A stretch of 64,000 nucleotides of DNA from Phoronis australis (lineage: Eukaryota; Animalia; Phoronida), in assembly GCA_002633005.1 (NCBI GenBank), contig NMRA01000001.1:4147180-4211179 (forward strand), read 5' to 3'. Under the pieces are notes generated by a model. The model ran no database searches. It worked only from the letters and a program-made list of their open reading frames with translations, and was not told where the DNA came from. The translations under genes were made by a program, and so were the position numbers. Below are positions 14,448 through 64,000 of this stretch, one piece after another. The stretch's first letter is position 1, and each line of letters starts with the position of its first letter.

Positions 14448-15488
14448 CTGTATTCGCCCTAATAAGCGCCCATGCTCCTATAAGTGCCTCCCACGCGTTT
14501 TCAGACTTTGCTAAAATAAACGCCCAGTCCATGAACGCCGTGTACATGTGAAAAATGCCGTACCGGCCTACAGTTCTAAAATTCTACAGTAGCATCTTGA
14601 ATTTATCAGTAAGATCCGACAGTCCTGAAAAAATCATTGTGCGTGGAATTTGTACATCACGAGCCTCGCAGCTATGTCGGTATTTACCCGTGACTATACA
14701 CTTCAAACTTCCGCCGTGCTTCAAAAAGGAAGCAAAATTTTTGCTGATCTTGCTAGGGATGTGTCCTATTATGGACTGGCCTTTCAGATCAGATATAGTG
14801 AACTTGTCAAAGGGATTGTATTGTATCTTTCTCGTACAGATCTCCCTCAACAGGAATCCAGAGTTGTTTGTACATGCGTGAAAACTGCAAATTGAAGACT
14901 ATAAAAACTTGACCTTTGTTGAAAACACGTGACCAGGAAGCGCGCTACATTCAAGTACCTGTCATCGAAGATTAGTCTTCGGGAACAATCCATTCATGAA
15001 ACGGGTAGCATAGCATCAGCAAGAAGTAAATACCGACATTTATTCCCGAAAGTTTCTTCTAATACCATGAAAAACGTTAATGTTATTTTTAGTAGGAATT
15101 ATTAAATTAGTCATTCTGGTGTTTTTAAAGTCAAAATGACCCACTGATAGTGAACGCTTCCACACCCTTACACCCCCCGAATTTACCAATAAAATAACTG
15201 TTAGACTCTTGCGCATCCAATCACCCGGCGACTCAATGACATTGGCCTTACCGAGACAATTCTTGAACGTTTTTTAGCAGATGAAATTAACAAGTGCTAA
15301 ATAAAACATGTTCAGCAGCATGCTTGTGTGAATTTCCTTAGTTACACTTAGATCGTTGCACCGCGTTTACTCTGGCAAATGAACTCTGATGACACGCACG
15401 CGCTCGCTCACGTACGCAGACCACCTTTGGGCTATACTAAGCACTCCCCTTCTTGAAGCGGATTTGGCGCTCATTAGGGCGAATACGG
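14448..15488. mobile_element. Copy 3 of the same TIR element, internally deleted, TA-flanked
   Basis: TA|CTGTATTCGCCCTAATAAGCGCCC ... GGCGCTCATTAGGGCGAATACGG|TA; lacks roughly 400 nt present in copies 1 and 2. Confidence 0.88.
14584..14900 (-). pseudogene. Frameshifted HIRAN-like domain ORF inside the TIR element
   Basis: NPFDKF...IIGHIPSKISKNFASFLKHGGSLKCIVTGK...QIP; copy 1 supplies the N-terminal SSIRGFHVYKEIWIPVEGEDL. Together these fit the HIRAN pattern RGxHxY..W...N..D..A...VGHxP...S..FL..GG...C.VTG. Confidence 0.7.
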
Positions 15489-16339
15489 TAGTAGTGAATC
15501 GGACAACCAAATTTTTTGTAATTCTATGGCACTGCAACCAAAATAACAGATTTTGAATTTCACCACACTTCGCGATACATGTAAGGAAGTTGGTCCCAAA
15601 ACTGAAAATTGCCACTGCAAAAAATGTTAATAAACAAACGGTTTTTGGAGGTTCAGACTTCAGGATACATCTAAGAGTGTTTATGTTTGTAAAGGCTAAA
15701 CAAAATCAATTTCATGATCTAACCAGTTGGTTCTTTAGAAACCCTAGGATCCATTGTACCTATAGATGTCATTTGAGGATGGTTGATCATTTAGCAATCA
15801 GCAGAATTGTTAGACAAAATCTCCAAGAGGCTACTTGGCGTTTTTGTAATAAGTTGTTCATGATAGGTACCGGGTAAACGAAGTTACTCCAGACTATTTA
15901 TCATTAATTTGTAAGTATTGCTTTAATGAGCTAGTAAAATGGCACATGGACAAAATGTCACGTCTGCAGCGGTTATGCCCACAATGGTACTGATTTTTAT
16001 GTTGGCGCCACTTAAGTATTGAGAGATAAATACATCTTATTGTTAACCTTGGTGATGCTAGAAATTTCCATCTCACTTCAGGCCATCTGGGTAAATAATT
16101 TCACGAAACTAAAATGGTCAAAATGTCACTTCTCTTAGAAAATGGAAAACCGTGAGTTGCTCCATAATGTAATGGAATTTCGGTCAATCCTTTAAATTAC
16201 AAAAATTCAGGTTAACATTTAAGGGTCAACAGACCTCTAAAAGTGGGTTGGTATAGCAAAAAAAGTTATGGGAAATTCAAATGTTGGTCCTGAAATTGAC
16301 CTTTGAGGTGAGACCAGAAATGTTAATATGGTCACAATT

Positions 16340-17640
16340 TCATTTTATTATGCGCCACATTTTTCCGTCATCTCTGTCTGGGCATCCGGGGGTCCAGCGT
16401 CCGCAGCTTTATCTCCTAAGCCCCTCACAAGATCTTGATGAGATTTGGCAGATGTGTTCCTATCAAGCTGAAGACGAAAGTCAACAAATTTGGGACCTCT
16501 CCGACAACCGGTGTTCCCCCTAGTGGCAATTTTAGTTTGTTATGCTTACCCCTGTATCTTCGCAGGTCCTCAACGTATTTTCACAGAATTTGGAATATGG
16601 GCATCTATTAGTGGGATGACACTATCATCTCGTTTTCGGATAGATTCGACATAGTTTGCGCCACCTAGTGGCCATTTTTACTGTTGTCTGCCCCTCTATT
16701 AACCAAACCACTCTTAGGATGGTTGTGGAAATTGGGTTTTATGTTCTCAACTTCTTACTCTAAAAAGGATGGCTAACTATGATTTTCTGATGACTTCAAC
16801 TACTGTGGCGCCTCCTAGTGGTAGTTTTGTTTTTCTTGCGCCCATAGCTGTATCTCCTAAATAGTTTGCAGGATATTTACTAAATTTAGCTAGTGTTTTT
16901 GTATGATGTTGACAACGGACGACAATGACTTTCACAGGGATCGGACTACCGTTGCGACCCTTAGGGGCAATTTCAGTTTTTTAATGTATACCTCAGTCTG
17001 TACATTCAAAGGTCCTCAACGAAGTTTCATAAAATTTGGAATATAGGCATCTGGTGGTGAAGTGACGCTATCCCACCGTTTTCAGATGGATTTGAGGCAC
17101 TTTGTGCCACCTAAAGGCCATTTTTACTGTTTTCAAGTCTGCTTTTTGGCGTCCACCCCTCTATCAACCAAACCATTCTTAGGATGATTTTGAAAATTGG
17201 CGTATATGTTCTCAGTATGAAGAGGACAGTTCACAATGATGACTTCGAATACTATGGCACCTCCTACTGGTGGTTTTGTTTTGTTTTGCGCCCATAGCTC
17301 TATCTCCTAAATCCACTGCAGGATCTTTATTAAATTTAAAGTAAGTGTATTTATAGGAAGCTAAGAATAGACGATGACTTGCAGGTGGCCGCTGTTCCCC
17401 CTAGAGGCAATTTCATGTTTTTTTTCTGTTTTCCTTCGTTTCTCTTAAGTTCTGTGTTAGATTTTTATGAAATTTAGTAGATAGCTTTCTATTGAAGAAG
17501 CGATGACATGTTCCGTTTTCTGATGGATTGGACGTTTTGCACCATCTAGTGGCCTTTTTATGTTACAAATAGAAACTCTTGAAGTATGCCATTTGCAGTG
17601 CATTCGCAGGCGCATGTCTATGCTCCGCGTTGCACTTGTT
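16340..17640 (+). mobile_element. Helentron/HINE(DINE-1)-like non-autonomous element with an internal ~147-bp tandem array
   Basis: 5' ttttattatgcgcc, ctgtc/cgtcc tract, atctcctaa...gatgagatttggc core, eight repeated units, 3' gcaggcgcat...cacttgTT end. Family assignment is by recalled structure. Confidence 0.65.
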
Positions 17641-17803
17641 TTTCTCTTGGTTGATCTTTTCGAGGTATTGCCCGTGACTGACTTTGCAAAATATTAAAAC
17701 ATTTTGCCAATTAATAAGCCTGCTGTTCTCTTTACTAATGAAATGTTTAATGTGTTGATTGTTGTTTTGTTTCCAGAAAACAACTGATCGAGTAATGTGA
17801 GCC

Positions 17804-62784
<44,981 letters not shown>

Positions 62785-64000
62785 GTGAGTATGTGGCAGA
62801 ATTATGGTTATTTCAGTTAGTATAATAACGAAGCTTTGTTATTACTTGTATAAAGCTGTTACTCCAGGGCTGTAATTCTTTAAAGACGGGGATTGGTTAG
62901 TTCTTACAAACGCAGTCAAGTCATGCCCACCATAGCAAAACCCAGTGCTTATAATTTGTTGTGACATGCATGCAACGCTGTGGAGGAAGAGCAGTTGATT
63001 GAAAAAATAGGTGAGGTTATTAAATTGGCCATTAGGAGGCGCTCTGTTGCATGACACTGACAGTCGACTCGTGAGAACGCTCCCCAAATTCAGCAGCGGG
63101 ATAACAGTATTACGGCAATTTTTAGTACCAGTTGCTAATTTATTTAACTCAAGGAAGAGTAGTTTTTAATGACATTAATTTTCTGCCAGATTTTATTTGG
63201 CTAGTTTTTTACCCACATCAGTGCAAAGCTGTTTATACAGCAGCTTTCTATCAAATATACAGCTTTCTATTGCTCTTGTCAATAGTAATTATTAACTAAA
63301 CGACTTCTGTGCAGCGATTACACTTTTTATTTTTATTTTTATAACATGCTTTTTAGAACAAAATGCACCTATACAAGAAGATTCATAAGTAACTGAGTAT
63401 TTTCCGTCTGGCAAACGGAAGTATTGTTTTCAGTGCATAAAGCACTAAGCTACAACAGGCAGATCTCACTACCGCAAGTGACCACTGTTGACGGAAATGT
63501 GTTTTTGTTATGCCTACAATTGGCATGTCGTGTGCTGAGGAAGTCGGGCTACCTACCCTTCGAAAGCCACCCACGTCTTTATCCAGAAAGGCCAGTTTAT
63601 TGAGTTGTCAATAGGTCTGTAAATGCTTGCAACAAGTATCAGTAATAACAGAGAACTGTGGTCCACAACTGTCGGTTCGGTTCTGGTACACAAATTTTGT
63701 TTTCGGTTCAGTTCCGATGAGCGCCCCTGACGACCAGTATTTGCTAAACTGAAACTGTTCATTAACAGAGAAAAGATGTAGTCAGTAACAGCTTTTGAAC
63801 CACCAAATGCATTGCTTTTAGTGAGTAAAATCTACCTAGGAACACTTTTTAATCATTTCACATTGACTGAAACACCAAAGACATAAAAATAATTTGCTGT
63901 ATTTTGTGGCAAATAATAAGGATATTTAATGATTATAGTGATTTAGGAAATTATGTGAAATAAAACAAAAATGTCATCCACAGGAGGAGTGCAGTGATTG

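Overview
Animal (invertebrate-like, AT-rich, repeat-dense) genomic DNA. The window is dominated by one + strand spliced gene, a phospholipase C beta of the PLCB4/norpA class. I could chain 28 phase-compatible coding exons by hand from the ATG at 17804 to 62784 (3518 nt, about 1172 codons: PH, EF-hand, X box, X-Y linker, Y box, C2, C-terminal coiled coil). The last exon(s) lie beyond the window and the 5' UTR exon(s) were not located. The most notable structure is a duplicated 85-nt Y-box exon (50472-50556 and 51772-51856). Each copy has a major-type (U2) acceptor and a minor-type (U12, GTATCCTTT) donor, and both feed one U12 branch point and acceptor, which predicts mutually exclusive splicing enforced by spliceosome incompatibility and by frame. 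Other notable features: a 4x48-nt tandem duplication of a splice acceptor that could add His/Cys-rich 16-aa units in frame, two candidate microexons, a start-stop uORF just before the ATG, a TA-flanked TIR element family carrying a decayed HIRAN-like ORF, Helentron/HINE-like repeats with ~147-bp-spaced CTCF-like motifs, and Penelope/hammerhead remnants. Almost all ORFs in the supplied track are spurious. Family assignments come from recalled motifs; no searches were run.
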